A DNA stretch of 64,000 nucleotides from Macrostomum lignano (GCA_002269645.1 NIVC01001264.1:186001-250000); one strand, 5' to 3'; positions 10,901-22,657 are shown, counted from the stretch's first letter. Notes: generated by a model not told the origin, from the sequence alone. A program made the numbers and translations.

Positions 10901-12658
10901 CTTATCAATACAATGATGAATAGATAAGAAAAAACTAAACCTAATAGCATAAATGACATTGGCTTGGCCACTTACACATAGAAATTTGTTAAATAAAAAA
11001 GTAATATAAAAATAATTTATAAAAAATGCTTGATGAGCAAAAATGATCAGTGCCTATTCTATTGCCTAGGCCTAATGTCAATGATTATGAGCAAGCAAGT
11101 GTTTGAAATTTAGGATACAAAACATTTTGTGCAGTTTGTGCATATAGATTCATCAAATAGGCCTAGTTATATAGGATGATAAAGTCATTAAAAATAACTT
11201 TCAAAATCTTATAGTTATTGTTATTACTTATTAGGGTTCCTGACTTCCTACTTGTAGATATTTCTATAACCTATATGGAGCATACAGAATGGTAGGGCCT
11301 ACTCCTCATAGGACTAAAATCCAAAACCACCCAAGTTGACAAGGTCCTAATCAATGTATGTAGTGCATTAATAAGTAAGGCTAAAAGTAATCTGCGCACT
11401 TTATATTGTGCAGAATGCAGATAGTAACTTTTCGCTTGTTTCAATGGTTGTCGGTTGGCAAGATCGAACAAAGAAACAAAAGAAACAAAAGCAGAGCACA
11501 GTTATCATATAAACTCAAGCAAATCAAGTCAACTAACAGTGACAAGCTACCTGTTTTTTCGGCTCGATCGTCGTCGTCGGCGGGGCTGCTGTGGCGCGGC
11601 CCGCGGCCAGTACCGGCCGGGCCGGGCTTTTTCAAATTAAAGCATACAGCCTTTTAAACAAGCAAGAAATATATACAATCTATTTTAGTCTGTAGAAAAG
11701 GTCCAGTCATATTTTAAGTAGTTTTGAAAAGTAAAACTCGCTCTTTACAAGGCACAAAGCGCTCCTAGAAAATTATTAGATTTTGTAATTAGTTCAACAA
11801 ACACGGGAAACGAGGAGACGCTGAGAGACTGGGCACAAATGTTTATTACCAAATATTTTTACTTCTTAATGACATTTTATCTATAATACTTATTTATTTA
11901 TATATAGACCGAGATTAGCCCTTAGTTTTTTTAATTGTGCGAAAATACATGCAAAGTTTTCAAATATATAGAGCATTTATAATACCCCACATGTAGACAA
12001 CTCATTTTTTAGGAGTTGGAAAGGAAATTTTCTAATTATAAACTGACGTCGAACGTGCAGCCCATTTTGGCGAAAGAATATCCAGAGACGCTTCGGCGAA
12101 GATGAATTTTTATAGTTTACATCGATGCAGTTTTTGGCTGAAGTTAGCAGTTAGCAGTTAGCAGTTAGCGACTGACAAAAATTGCTACGTATTGCGCGCG
12201 GAGCGAGTGTATTTCGCAGAGCGGAAAGAAAATGAAGCATGGAATGGGGATACAAAGAGCCTTACTATAGTAGGCCAGCGCGATATAAGATCTGAGCCAG
12301 CCCCCAGACACGCAGATCTCCCACAGAGGTTTAGCCAACCAATTGGGGCTCGGCCCACGCCGCACAGAGATGTGGATGACGCATCCCTGCCGAGACAGTG
12401 CACCGGACCGTCTGCGGGCGGAGTGCACTTTCCGCCACAATACACTCGTATAAGCGCTCGTCAACATGCCATCAGCTGTGACGGATGTAGATGACATGCA
12501 GCATCGAAAAATGTCGAACAGTAATTTCGCATCATCAATATGTCCAGATACGGAAAGGTATACGGATATAACTTGCCAGTGTAGATGTGCATATTGTCTT
12601 TTGCTACAGATACATGTAAGTTGGTGGTGCAGACATGCCAGCAGGTGCCCCGACGATC

Positions 12659-12745
12659 GAATCAGGGTAGGCCGCCGCTAGCAGAGCCGCCCAATCAGGT
12701 GCCGCCGCTAGCAGAGCCGCCCAATCAGGTGCCGCCGCCTGAGGT
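12659..12745. repeat. 30-bp tandem repeat (~2.6 copies, GCCGCCGCTAGCAGAGCCGCCCAATCAGGT)
   Basis: Direct inspection. Confidence 0.85.
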
Positions 12746-12852
12746 ACATCACTTAGGTCCACCCACAATTAAAATTGTGACATTGCATATTATAATCAAA
12801 ATACCGATTTGAAATTGTGTAAATGCATGTACATGCACCTTTGGCACCTCTT

Positions 12853-13190
12853 ATAGCTGTCCAGCCATGAAGTCGAAGAAGGCACGTCGAGCCTCCTCCG
12901 GGTGAGCAGCGGTGGGTGCACACGCGCAGAACAGCCGGATGCAGCGGGCGAGCAGTCGCAGGTCGACCCGCATCAGTCGTGGGGGACAGCGAAGCGCAGT
13001 GCACGCTCTGCTGGAGGCGCGGTCCGATCAGTACGCCGACACCGCCCTGGCCGCGGTCGTCTGCCGACGTGTACAAAAGGGCGAGAGGTTATCGCCAGTC
13101 AATGTGAGCGAAACCTACACAGAGGGGCCACTGCAGGGGCGCACTGTGTCAGACGTCCAAGTTCCACAAATAGAGCTCTAATACACGAGC
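12853..13190 (-). pseudogene. Degenerate LINE AP-endonuclease fragment (RTE-like)
   Basis: LYTSADDRGQGGVGVLIGPRL, then after a frameshift LMRVDLRL..IRLFCACAPTAAHPEEARRAFFD, matching the GVG and YAPT motifs of APE domains. Confidence 0.65.
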
Positions 13191-13948
13191 TGCCTACACA
13201 TATTGGCGCCTGCAATGCAATTTAGATTAATTAGAACTGAAGAGATCCCCCATGATTTTACCAGCCAAAATTATTCAGAAGCGAAAATTCAGTAGCCTGC
13301 GGAAAGGTGGCCTCAGCCAGTTGACATCCAGTGAGTTTCCAGAAAGCCGTTTGAGAAAATTCAAGATTCGGATTTGAGATTAAGAAATCAAGTTAATTTT
13401 AGGTGCGAAAAATTTGAGAGTCAAGTGTTACTGCAGTCCGAGTGGAATTAGGGAAGCTTCTGCTTTTTTCATATTGTTTTATTTTTCATGCAAGCTGCCT
13501 CGCGTCCGTTGTGTACACTTTTTGTGTAGTTAGTTTTGTTTGCAGTACGAAAGAGAGAGATAATCTAAAAAGAAAAATCAGAGAAAAGAGCAAAAACTTC
13601 ACGCTTCATTCAGCGGATCGCCTGTTTTTGATTGATCGAATTGAATGTAGATTGGTGAATCAAGTAACAGTTTTTCGGTTGACAATGTATAGTATCAATA
13701 GCTTTAATTTTACTTCTGTTTGGAGTGTGTGAAATGCAAAATAGTGATTGGAAATATACTCGGTTAAAGAAGCATGATGCAGATGTTTGCCAATTGAAAA
13801 AGTAGCAAAAATTTCTTTCTACTTTGTGAAAATTGATTTCGAAATTTTGCTATTCCTAACCTCGGATATCAGGAGCCGGATGTCCTAAAGCAAACCTCTG
13901 TCTCCGCAGACAGACCCCTATCTTTCAACCTACAGTCGGATGTCCTAA

Positions 13949-14155
13949 TATAATATTTCATTCCTTGCCTTAACTTGCCTTAACAGTCTGAACTGTTAGC
14001 AATCGTGACAAATAATTATCTGAATCATCGTATTGATTTAATGTACGTTCGCTCTCTATGTACATCGCAGGCTTAACTTCAACTTGCATAAATAAAGCGA
14101 TCACTGCCCCACGGGGCCTTCGTGTTTTTGGTGCTGCCAAATACCGCGTGTTACA
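13949..14155 (+). repeat. 5' LTR of the Gypsy element
   Basis: TATAAT(TGTAAT)...GTTACA; near-identical to 20115-20314 apart from a few substitutions and a short local duplication. Confidence 0.92.
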
Positions 14156-14157
14156 AG

Positions 14158-14168
14158 TGGTAGCAGAG
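14158..14168 (+). promoter_or_regulatory. Primer-binding site complementary to the tRNA-iMet 3' end
   Basis: TGGTAGCAGAG 2 nt after the LTR is the reverse complement of the animal initiator tRNA-Met 3' end CUCUGCUACCA. Confidence 0.8.
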
Positions 14169-14174
14169 TGTACT

Positions 14175-15618
14175 ATGGCAGAGGGCGGCAGTCACCGTGC
14201 GATTCCTAGGGCGTTCAGCTCAGGCAACTTTAAGGAGTGGCTCCAGCGGTTTGAGCAAGGACGACTTAAGTAGAAGGACGGGAAACCTCGTTTCTTAGAA
14301 AAGTTTTGAAGGCACTTTTTCCCGAAAAAATACACTACGGAGATAGGAAGTTTTCATTTTTTCAGCACAAAAATTGTTATTGCGTTTGATAGGAGGCAGA
14401 TCCAGTGTTCATCTTTTGATATGTTGTGCCTTTTTTATTGCTCTATCGATATTTATAAAAGTTTTCGTTCAGAAAATTAGGATTCTATGTTAATTTTTTA
14501 TTCTACGTATATTTCCTGTATCTAAAAATCACAAAAATGCATGACACAGCTCCAATATTTGGTTTTATGAACCTATTTTATCATCTCTGTTACAAATATT
14601 TGCTACACAGTCGGGTAAGAATGATAAAAAAGACTCATGAAGCTAAAGAGCCGAGCCGTGGCATTCTAATGTATTTCAAGCACAAGACACGCGAAAATAT
14701 ACGTAGAATAAAAAATTAACATAGAATCCTAATTTTCTGAACGAAAACTTTTATAAATATCGATAGAGCAATAAAAAAGGCACAACATATCAAAAGATGA
14801 ACACTGGATCTGCCTCCTATCAAACGCAATAACAATTTTTGTGCTGAAAAAATGAAAACTTCCTATCTCCGTAGTGTATTTTTTCGGGAAAAAGTGCCTT
14901 CAAAACTTTTCTAAGAAACGAGGTTTCCCGTCCTTCTACTTAAGTCGTCCTTGGGTTTGAGCTGTGCGCGGCAGCCAACAAGTGGGTAAATGACAAGCAT
15001 TTGCACCTGCCAACGTTTTTGGATGGTGAGGCTCTGGCTGTTTTTCTTGAGCTCGACGAGAATAGCGAGAGCGACTACAGCAAAGTGACCAAAGCTCTGA
15101 GCCAGGCATTTCACCCGGACAGCCAGCAATTCTCAGCGCTGGATGCATTCGAGAGCCGGAAGCTGCTGCCGGGCGAATCTCCTCGGCTCTTTCTCTATCA
15201 CCTGAAGCAGCTGCTAAAGGACGCGGGCATCAGCGAGGCAGGCGCAACGGCCACCATGCTGACTCACCAGTTCATTCGCGGACTGCCGGAGGACATCAGC
15301 AAGCAGATCAGAGCGGACGCGTCAGCCAAGACCGTGAGTGACGCTCTCGCACGGGCACAACTGCTACTGGAGCTGCCTTCTGACACCACGGACGGATTCA
15401 AGCAGCCTCTTGCAGGCAGCGCGGCAGCCGGAGCTGCAGGCAGCACGGAGACGGCAGAACTGAGGGCTGCGGTCAGCTCGCTGCAGGCGACGGTCCAAGA
15501 CCTGGCGGCGAAGCTGGGCTCAGAGGTTTCGGACTCCTGTGCGATTCGCAGTGCGAGGAGACGGCGCGAGGTGACCTGCTGGAACTGCCACCGCCGCGGC
15601 CACATCGCCAGGAACTGA
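14175..15618 (+). pseudogene. gag: Gypsy gag, split by a MITE, with a premature stop at the last Cys of the CCHC knuckle
   Basis: MAEGGSH..WLQRFE|LCAAANKW..LPTFLDGEAL joins in frame once the MITE plus one TSD is removed; CWNCHRRGHIARN-TGA. Confidence 0.88.
14256..14953. mobile_element. Foldback MITE: 259-bp TIRs, 180-bp spacer, 8-bp TSD (P-element-like CAAGG termini)
   Basis: 14256-14514 is the reverse complement of 14695-14953; TSD GGTTTGAG at 14248-14255 and 14954-14961. Confidence 0.95.
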
Positions 15619-15629
15619 AATCAGCCGTC

Positions 15630-15670
15630 GGGAAACGGCACAGGCCGGGGCAGAGCCCGCACCCCTGGCC
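15630..15670 (+). promoter_or_regulatory. Predicted -1 ribosomal frameshift signal between gag and pol
   Basis: Slippery G GGA AAC (15630-15636) in the gag frame; the -1 frame is open into pol; GGCCGGGG..CCCCTGGCC stem starts 6 nt downstream. Confidence 0.7.
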
Positions 15671-16040
15671 AGTTCTGAGCGCGGGCCCCAGCGTGAGTGG
15701 GTTGTTCCTGGGCGCAGAGGGGAGCGGTGCAGCCAGCAGCAGCGCAGCGGCAGTCGTCATCAGGCCGAACTCGGTGACATCCAAGCTGCAGTGCAGGATC
15801 GGAGGCGCGGACGTCACGGCGCTTATCGACTCAGGCAGCCAGGTGTCAATCGTGGACAAGCGGGTCCTGCAGAGCATGCGGCCAGCTCAGCTGGAGAGCG
15901 TGCACCTGGAGCTGCGGGCAGTCAACCAGCAAGCGGTGCCGGTGCGGCAGGTGGCCAGCCTGGCGGTGTCGCTCGGCGGCATCGAGCGGCGGCACCCGTT
16001 TTACGTGTCTGAAGGTCTGGTTGCTGCCGTCATCATCGGG

Positions 16041-16170
16041 CTGGACTTCATCAAGGCCTGCAACATGTGCCTGGACTTCATCAAGGCCTGCAACATGTGC
16101 CTGGACTTCATCAAGGCCTGCAACATGTGCCTGGACTTCATCAAGGCCTGCAACATGTGCCTGGACTTCA
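16041..16170 (+). repeat. 30-bp in-frame tandem repeat (LDFIKACNMC x4.3) at the protease C-terminus
   Basis: Identical CTGGACTTCATCAAGGCCTGCAACATGTGC units at 16041, 16071, 16101 and 16131. Confidence 0.95.
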
Positions 16171-16668
16171 GCGACAGTGCAGCAGAGACCCCATCAAAGG
16201 ACTCTTGTGTGATCAACGGCGTGAGTCACCTCGATGCTGACAGTCAGCTCGAGGACATTGAAGAGAAGCTGGTGCCGGATTTCACCAAGGAGGAGATCGA
16301 CCTGCCAGTCGCGGAGGACCCGGACATCCGAGCTTTGGTGCGCGAATTCAGCGACATTTTCACCAGGCGGCCAGGGCTGACGGATCGACACGAGCACAGC
16401 ATCCCGCTGACTGACGATGTTCCGGTGCGGATCCCGCCGAGGAAGCTGCCGGTGCACTGGGAGCCCGAGGTGAGGAAGCTGATTCAGAAGCTGCTAGACA
16501 ATGACGTCATCGAGGAGTCGGACAGCCCGTACGTGGCGACCCCAGTGTACGTGCGGAAGAAGAACGGTGACCTGCGGTTGACGATCGATTACCGCGAGCT
16601 GAACAAGAAGACGGTGCGGTCAGCGCAGGGCATTCCGCAGATGGACTTCGTCAAGGACAAGTTGGCTG

Positions 16669-17645
16669 TGTAGTGAGCCGCTAGTTTATGGTTAGGCGTC
16701 GCCCTTGTCAGCTGTTCCCTCGCCTCCGCCCTGGGTTGCTGTCTGCCGCTGGTCAGCTTCCCGCCCCTCCCTTTCGCGTGTCTGCTGCTGCCCGTGGCCT
16801 GTTCTGGCCTTCTGCGTCTCCGTTCTCAGCCCCCAGCCTCTCGGCTGTGGGCTGTCTCTGTTTCGCTCCCGTCCCGTTTTCCCTGTCTTGTGAGCAAGTC
16901 ACATGACAGTTCTTGCGTTCTTTGAGTCTTAAAGTGCAGTAAACATGTTTACTGCACTTGTTGGCCCTGTTTACCGGGTGAGTCACGTGCTTTCGGACCC
17001 CTCCCTTCTCTAAGGAGAGGAGTGACTCATGTTGCTAAAAATAGCAACTGAGTCACAGCCGCGTGTACTCTGGCCGGGGACCTCAAGTGACGTCAGTTCT
17101 AAAAATAGAACAAGTCACGAGGTCTTCCGCACGCTTGTACCCTGCCCAAGACTCTCGAGTGACGTCAGTTCTAAAAATAGAACGAGTCACGAGGTCTTCT
17201 GCGTGGGTGTTTCCCGGCTATAAATAGGAGCCCTCTCCCCCTTGTTTCCGTCAAGGAGTCTTCCTTCTGTTCAACCTCGAGTTCTACGTCAGCGTCTGAA
17301 CTGAGTGCCCGACTGCATACATTGAGTCTGTTCGTATTGGTCTGACTGAGACCCGACCAAAGCGCCCCAAGCCTACGAGAGACTAACTCAGCCCTCCCTC
17401 TGCCATCCAAGCCCGGCAGGTACTGCTGACGAGACGCCTTATACGTTGAGCTGCAAATCTGCACGTCGTGCTGTGTTCGTTGACTTCATTATTTCGTTCC
17501 GACGGGAAGCTCACCTCACCGAAGGCCGAGACCTGAAGGAACTGGTGGCAGCACTACCTACGCTACTAAAGTTAAGAAGGCTTCTAAGTGAGAGGACGGA
17601 GCCCAAGTCACTGCGCTGTACAGCAGGACAACCACAACTACAACA
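16669..17645 (+). mobile_element. Solo LTR (977 bp) of a second LTR retrotransposon, inserted in the RT region
   Basis: TGT...ACA termini, 4-bp TSD GCTG (16665-16668, 17646-17649); removal restores KLA-GNEIF; TATAAATA at ~17219; no coding capacity. Confidence 0.85.
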
Positions 17646-20104
17646 GCTGGCAACGAGATTTTCTAGGTGATCGACCTGAACGGCGGCTACTTCCAAATTC
17701 CGATGAAGCCGGAAAACAAGCAGAAGACGGCCTACAGCCCAGGGCCCGGAATGCCGCTGTACCAGTTCAAGCGGATGCCGCAGGGCGTTTGTGGCGGCCC
17801 GAGCTCGTTCACCATCCTAATGAACCGCGCATTCAAAGGCGCCGCGCAGACCTTCACCTACATGGACGACACGCTGTGCTTCTCCAGATCTAAGACTGAG
17901 CATCTCCGGCACCTGTGAGAAGTCTTCGAGAAGATCAGAGGCGCTGGGCTCACCGTTCGAGGCAGCAAGTGCCAGCTAGGCCTGCCGGAGGTCACTTTTC
18001 TCGGCACCGTGTTCTCGGCCAAGGGTGCCACCGTGAGCCCTGAGAAGGTGCGCGCTATCCAGGAGTGGCCGATACCGCATTCGCCAACGCAGGTGCGGCA
18101 GTTCCTGGGCCTCTGCAACCAGTACAGGAAGTACGTGCCGAGCTTCTCCGACATCGCCGGGCCGCTGCACAGACTGACGAGCAAAACAGAGAAGTTCGAG
18201 TGGACCAGCGAGTGCGGCACGGCATTCCGACGTCTCAAGGAGGCCCTGCAGCAGCCGCCGATCATCGGCCACCCGGATTTCTCCAAGGAGTTCCAGCTCT
18301 ACACGGATGCCAGCAACACCGGAGTCGGCATCGTGCTCAAGCAAGGAGACCAGGTGATTGAGTACTGCAGCAGAGCGCTTACGGCACCGGAGAAGGGCTA
18401 CTCAACTGTCGAGAAGGAGTGCCTGGCTAACCTGCACGCCCTGAAGACCTACAGGCACGACCTGCTTGGCCGGCATTTCACGGCCTTCACCGACCACTGC
18501 CTGCTTACGTTTCTGAATTCTCAGCGGGTCGACAGCCATGGCCGGCTTGGGCGCTGGCGGTTGCTGCTGCAGGAGTTCGCCTTCGCCATCAAGTATACCA
18601 AGGGCGTCGACAACGTGGAGGCGGACGGCCTGTCCAGGATGCACGAAAGCCACAGCGAGGTGATCGGAGCGTCGGCAACGGAGCTACAGCGGAAGGTGTC
18701 CAATCAGGAGATGCGGCAGGCGCAACTTGCCGATCCGAAGCTCAAGCTGGTCCTCGCAGCGCTGGAGAAGGACAGCACGACGCCACCAAGATGGTCGGAC
18801 ACCAGCCTGAGACACCTCAGCCGCATCTGGCGGAAGCTGAGGATCCAAGATGGCTTTCTCTGCCGGGCATTCAACGACGCCGCAGGACCGAGAGACGTTC
18901 CTGTGATTCCGGAGTCGCTGCGGCGCCAGTTCCTGACCGACTTCCACGAAGGCATCGGCGGCCATTTCGGGCCAGAGAAGATGGCCGATACGCTGAAGCA
19001 GGCCGCGTACTGGCCGGGACTGCAGAGCGACGTGGTGAGTTTCTGCCAGGAGTGCCAGACCTGCCAGCTAAAGAAGGCGCAGCAGCGCCCCGCGGCCCCA
19101 CTTGGAGAGATGCCGATCGGCAAGCCCTGGCAGACTGTGGCCATCGACGTGCTGAAGGTGCCGCTGTCAGACCGCGGCAACAGCTACCTGCTGGTGATGC
19201 AGGACCAGACAGCCAAGACCATCGCGGACGCTGCAGTCAAGGTTTTCTCGCTGTTCGGAGTCCCATCGGTCATCCACTCGGATCAAGGCGCGAACTTCGA
19301 GAGCGAGCTGTTCCAGGAGACGCTGCGAGCGCTGAGCATCAGGAAGACGCGCACATCGCCCTATCATCCGCAGGGAAATGGCCTTGTGGAGCGCGGCAAC
19401 AAGTCGCTGTTGCAACTGCTGCGGCTGTTCACCGAGAGTGAGTCCAGCTGGGAGGAGCAGCTGCCGCTGGTGGTCCTGTCCTACAACTCCAGGGTCCACA
19501 GCTCAACCAAGGTGACGCCGCTGACTGTGATGACCGGCCGCGATCCGCAGCTTCCACCACAGGTGCAGGCCAGCGAGCAGCAAGCAGTATGACATCGGCA
19601 CCTACTCAGCGCTGCTGGAGCGTCGGTTGGCCCGCATCCGCGAGTTCGTTGAGGAAAACCTGGTGGCCGCCGGACAGCAACAGAAGGCGGCGCACGACAA
19701 GAAGGCGTCGGACCTGCCGCAGTTTCCGCAAGGCACCGAGGTGTTGCTCAGCATCGAGATGCGGCGATCGAAGCTGGCGCCGTACTGGGAGCCGGGCTGG
19801 ACGGTGCTCGAGCAGCGCGGCCACTCGGTGCGCATCCGCCGCGCCTTCGGCATTCGGCCGGTCCGCTGGGTGCACGTGAACCGGCTGCGCAGGCGGCTCG
19901 CAGCCCAGGCCGAGCGGCGGTACCCGGCCAGGGTGCGGCGCCCTCCGGACTACCTCGGTGTGAGCGCTGAGTGACTGAGGCCATGGACTGTCAGAGACTG
20001 TGATTGAAATGTATTTTACTGTCTGCGTTCCTCTTTTTACTCTACATTTCGCTAGCTGTGTTTCACTCTCATCTTTTTATTCCCTGTCGCTATGCTCCTT
20101 TTGT

Positions 20105-20114
20105 GGGGGAGAAA
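20105..20114 (+). promoter_or_regulatory. Polypurine tract
   Basis: GGGGGAGAAA immediately before the 3' LTR. Confidence 0.8.
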
Positions 20115-20314
20115 TGTAATATTTTATTCCTTGGCTTAGAGGCAGTCTGAACTGTTAGCAATCGTGACAAATAATTAGCTGAATCATCGTATTGATTTAA
20201 TGTACGTTCGCTCTCTATGTACATCGCAGGCTTAACTTCAACTTGCATAAATAAAGTGATCACTGCCTCACGGGGCCTTCGTGTTTTTGGTGCTGCCAAA
20301 TACCGCGTGTTACA
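20115..20314 (+). repeat. 3' LTR of the Gypsy element
   Basis: TGTAAT...GTTACA, 200 bp, contains AATAAA. Confidence 0.93.
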
Positions 20315-20899
20315 CTAAGACAGCTTCCCCTTCTTGTGATCTCCGGGCCGGATAGCAGAGTCAGTGCCGTAGGATGTCCTGGAGAGACATCTCAAAGTGC
20401 CCGGACAATGCAAAGCAGCTCAAGATATCCGGGAAGGAGAAAACAAAGCAGGTTTTTTGCTTGGCAGTATCCCGGGCGGATATCGTAAGTGCAGCGTTCG
20501 GAATATCCGGGCCAGACAAAAAAACCCCGGATAGTCTAAAGTGTTACACCGGCGCGGCCAGGCCCGAACTCGGCGTTTCGTCGACTGCCTGCTGGCCGAC
20601 GCTGGCGCCCCGGACTCTGCCGGCGGTGCGGCCTTTGTTCGCGCCCAGGCTCTGAAGTGCCCTGTGACGCAGCTTTTTTCCACCTGACAGCGTACTTTGT
20701 TGTTGTTGTGGTGTTGTAGGCTTTTTGCACAATCTCCTCCCTTCTCCTATTCGTTTAAAGTAATTTCTATTCTCTTGCTTTGAAGCAGCCACCCAATTTT
20801 GGCTATAATAGCCATTTTTCAAGCATTCGTTCCTCCTGGTTCAGACTTTCATTCGTTTACATGTATTCTGTCCCGGCAACTGGTGTTGTGCCCAAACTA

Positions 20900-21450
20900 T
20901 GGAAGCATGTAATTCCAGTATCACTATAAAGGTCAGGAGGTAGAGGAAGAAGAGGTCGAGGAGATAGGAACGTCCGTTCAGCAGCCGCCGCTGCAGCCGC
21001 CTGCGATTTTTCATCCCAGGGCTCAGTCTCCCCAGATGGATCAGAGTGTAGATCCTCTCCGCAGCGAGCCTAGCCTCAACCCCAAGCCGCTGACATGGCA
21101 ACACAATTATCGCAAGCCTTTGTATAGCTATCGGATTGGGTACAGAGACACAGAGTGTCAAGATAATCGTTGAGAAGTTCAACCCAAGCTGAATCTTGAT
21201 TTCCTAAGAGGTAATCTTTGCTTACTTGGAGACAGCTTCCATAGCATTGACGATGTGCTGTCAGCTCAGCAGAACCTCCAAGAGGCAGATGAGGTTTCTC
21301 GGCGCTTAGCGCGAGAGCAGCCCAAATATGATTAGCGTAGGGACGATAGGAACAGAGATCAGAATCGCCCCAGCGACAAAGAATATCAGCGCAGATGGGT
21401 CCGCATGCTAGAGTCAGAGGAGGGGATGAAGAGTTTAAGAGTGGTGATCA
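20900..21450. pseudogene. Degenerate coding-like relic of unknown origin (possibly retroelement gag)
   Basis: GC-richer segment with long, stop-interrupted frames on both strands; no diagnostic motif. Confidence 0.25.
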
Positions 21451-22357
21451 GTCACTCAAAAACTCCCACTTCTAGACACTGGGGAACAAGTGCCTAGGTA
21501 TTTACCAGTTCAAATGACTTACTGCGGCGGATCCTCTTGTGGTTGGTAGACTTCTGGTTCTTGCTGTGTGTGTGACTCTGTCTAACTTGGCTGAGCAGTA
21601 GTGACGGCCGATTTGGAGTATTCTTCTTGAGTCCTTGACTTTTATCTGTGGGTCGACCAAACGAGAGCGAATCAGAATTCTTGACGGTCCTCGAGCTCGG
21701 AATTAACAATAGAACGTGCGCCCTAATGAACAATTGAATTCTCTAAGTTTCTGTGATAGGTCCTCCTGAAGGGCGGCTTCTTCGTTACGTCCGAAGCGTA
21801 ACGGATAACTCAATTAAATCAATAAATCCTCTAGGAATATCCTAGGAAACAAGGAGGCCTTTCTCAAATGTATCGACAATGAACTGCTCTAGTATAACTC
21901 AATTAACCAACTTATTAGCGCTAGTAACAAATAACTAAATCGGGTAAACGCTTACCAATTGGACAGGTGTGGTCCCTCAGAGATTGGTCTTCTTGTTTCT
22001 TCAAAGTCTTCTTAGAGACCGCTCTGAGTCTGAATTTTCGACTCGAATTTTCACTTATATTTATAGCAAAATTTTGGAGAAAAACCGGTTTGGGATTGGG
22101 TATTTACTTAGGTCAAAAATGTTTGATTAAGCGGTCATGCATGTTTGAGCATTTCCATATATGGGGTTAAACAAATACAGCTGTTGGAATCCGGTTCCTT
22201 GATCAAACAATGTAGGTTTTTAAATCATTCTGTTTGCGCGTGATTCCTAAAATAGATATGACTCATTTTGAAAGAAATTGACTTCCTTAGAATATTACTT
22301 TAAGTAGAGCATTACGGTATGGTCTAATAACTCTCTACTGGGAAAGAAGTAGAAGAG

Positions 22358-22657
22358 ATGCTTGCAGATTTACAGCAGCGCCAAAACAGCCTAGATGAGA
22401 CCGTCGGCAGGATTTATGGCGCTATGAGCCAGGTGGTGGAGAGGATAGATCAGGCCATGATAAGCCACTCAGATCAGTGGGATGGAGACCTCACCGTGGT
22501 AGAAGACGCTGAGTATGCTAGTCAGCTGCCTGAGGGCAAGTCCCCGCCTCCCTCGTCTCAGAATCAGTCAGCGAAGCCCGCACTATTGAGGCAGAACGCG
22601 ATTAATGGCGATTCGGCCAAGCAGGCGAGCCAAGCAGAAATGAAACAAAAATCATGA
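22358..22657 (+). CDS. Possible terminal exon of a host gene (coiled coil followed by a low-complexity tail; loosely TRPM C-terminus-like)
   Basis: GC-richer 99-aa ORF with a heptad pattern (LADLQQRQNSLDETVGRIYGAMSQVVERID) followed by AT-rich sequence; upstream frame is broken. Confidence 0.3.
   Translation: MLADLQQRQNSLDETVGRIYGAMSQVVERIDQAMISHSDQWDGDLTVVEDAEYASQLPEGKSPPPSSQNQSAKPALLRQNAINGDSAKQASQAEMKQKS

Larger units (their letters stand above)
15631..19974 (+). pseudogene. pol: Gypsy pol (protease, RT, RNase H, integrase), disrupted
   Basis: ALIDSGS protease; IDLNGGYFQI and YMDD RT; LYTDAS RNase H; HHCC plus D,D,E (AIDV, HSDQG, VERGN) integrase; solo-LTR insertion, stops at ~17665 and 17916, frameshift ~19590, in-frame deletion at VMQD|QTAK. 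Confidence 0.92.
13949..20314 (+). mobile_element. Full-length but inactivated Ty3/Gypsy LTR retrotransposon with two nested insertions
   Basis: Two ~200-bp LTRs, 4-bp TSD CTAA (13945-13948, 20315-20318), PBS, PPT, gag then PR-RT-RH-IN order. Confidence 0.95.

Noticed and set aside
11575-11640. Rho-independent terminator or Helitron 3' hairpin (GC stem plus T run)
   Set aside because: Eukaryotic context with no upstream gene; no CTRR end after the hairpin
8465-11800. Hidden gene or MITE in the AT-rich stretch (GC island with CCAAT/GCGC motifs at 10060-10360)
   Set aside because: No convincing ORF, TIR pair or TSD could be established by eye
15264-19984. Numerous overlapping and antisense ORFs within the Gypsy element
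   Set aside because: Expected shadow ORFs of GC-rich coding DNA; no motifs
20841-21400. TRP-channel-like transmembrane exon on the minus strand
   Set aside because: The hydrophobic stretch is the antisense of a purine-rich (Glu-rich) plus-strand run; the frame has several stops and no clear splice sites
21780-22200. Additional solo LTR (CGTTACG..CGTAACG hairpin, minus-strand TATA)
   Set aside because: Could not define TG..CA ends, a TSD or a PBS
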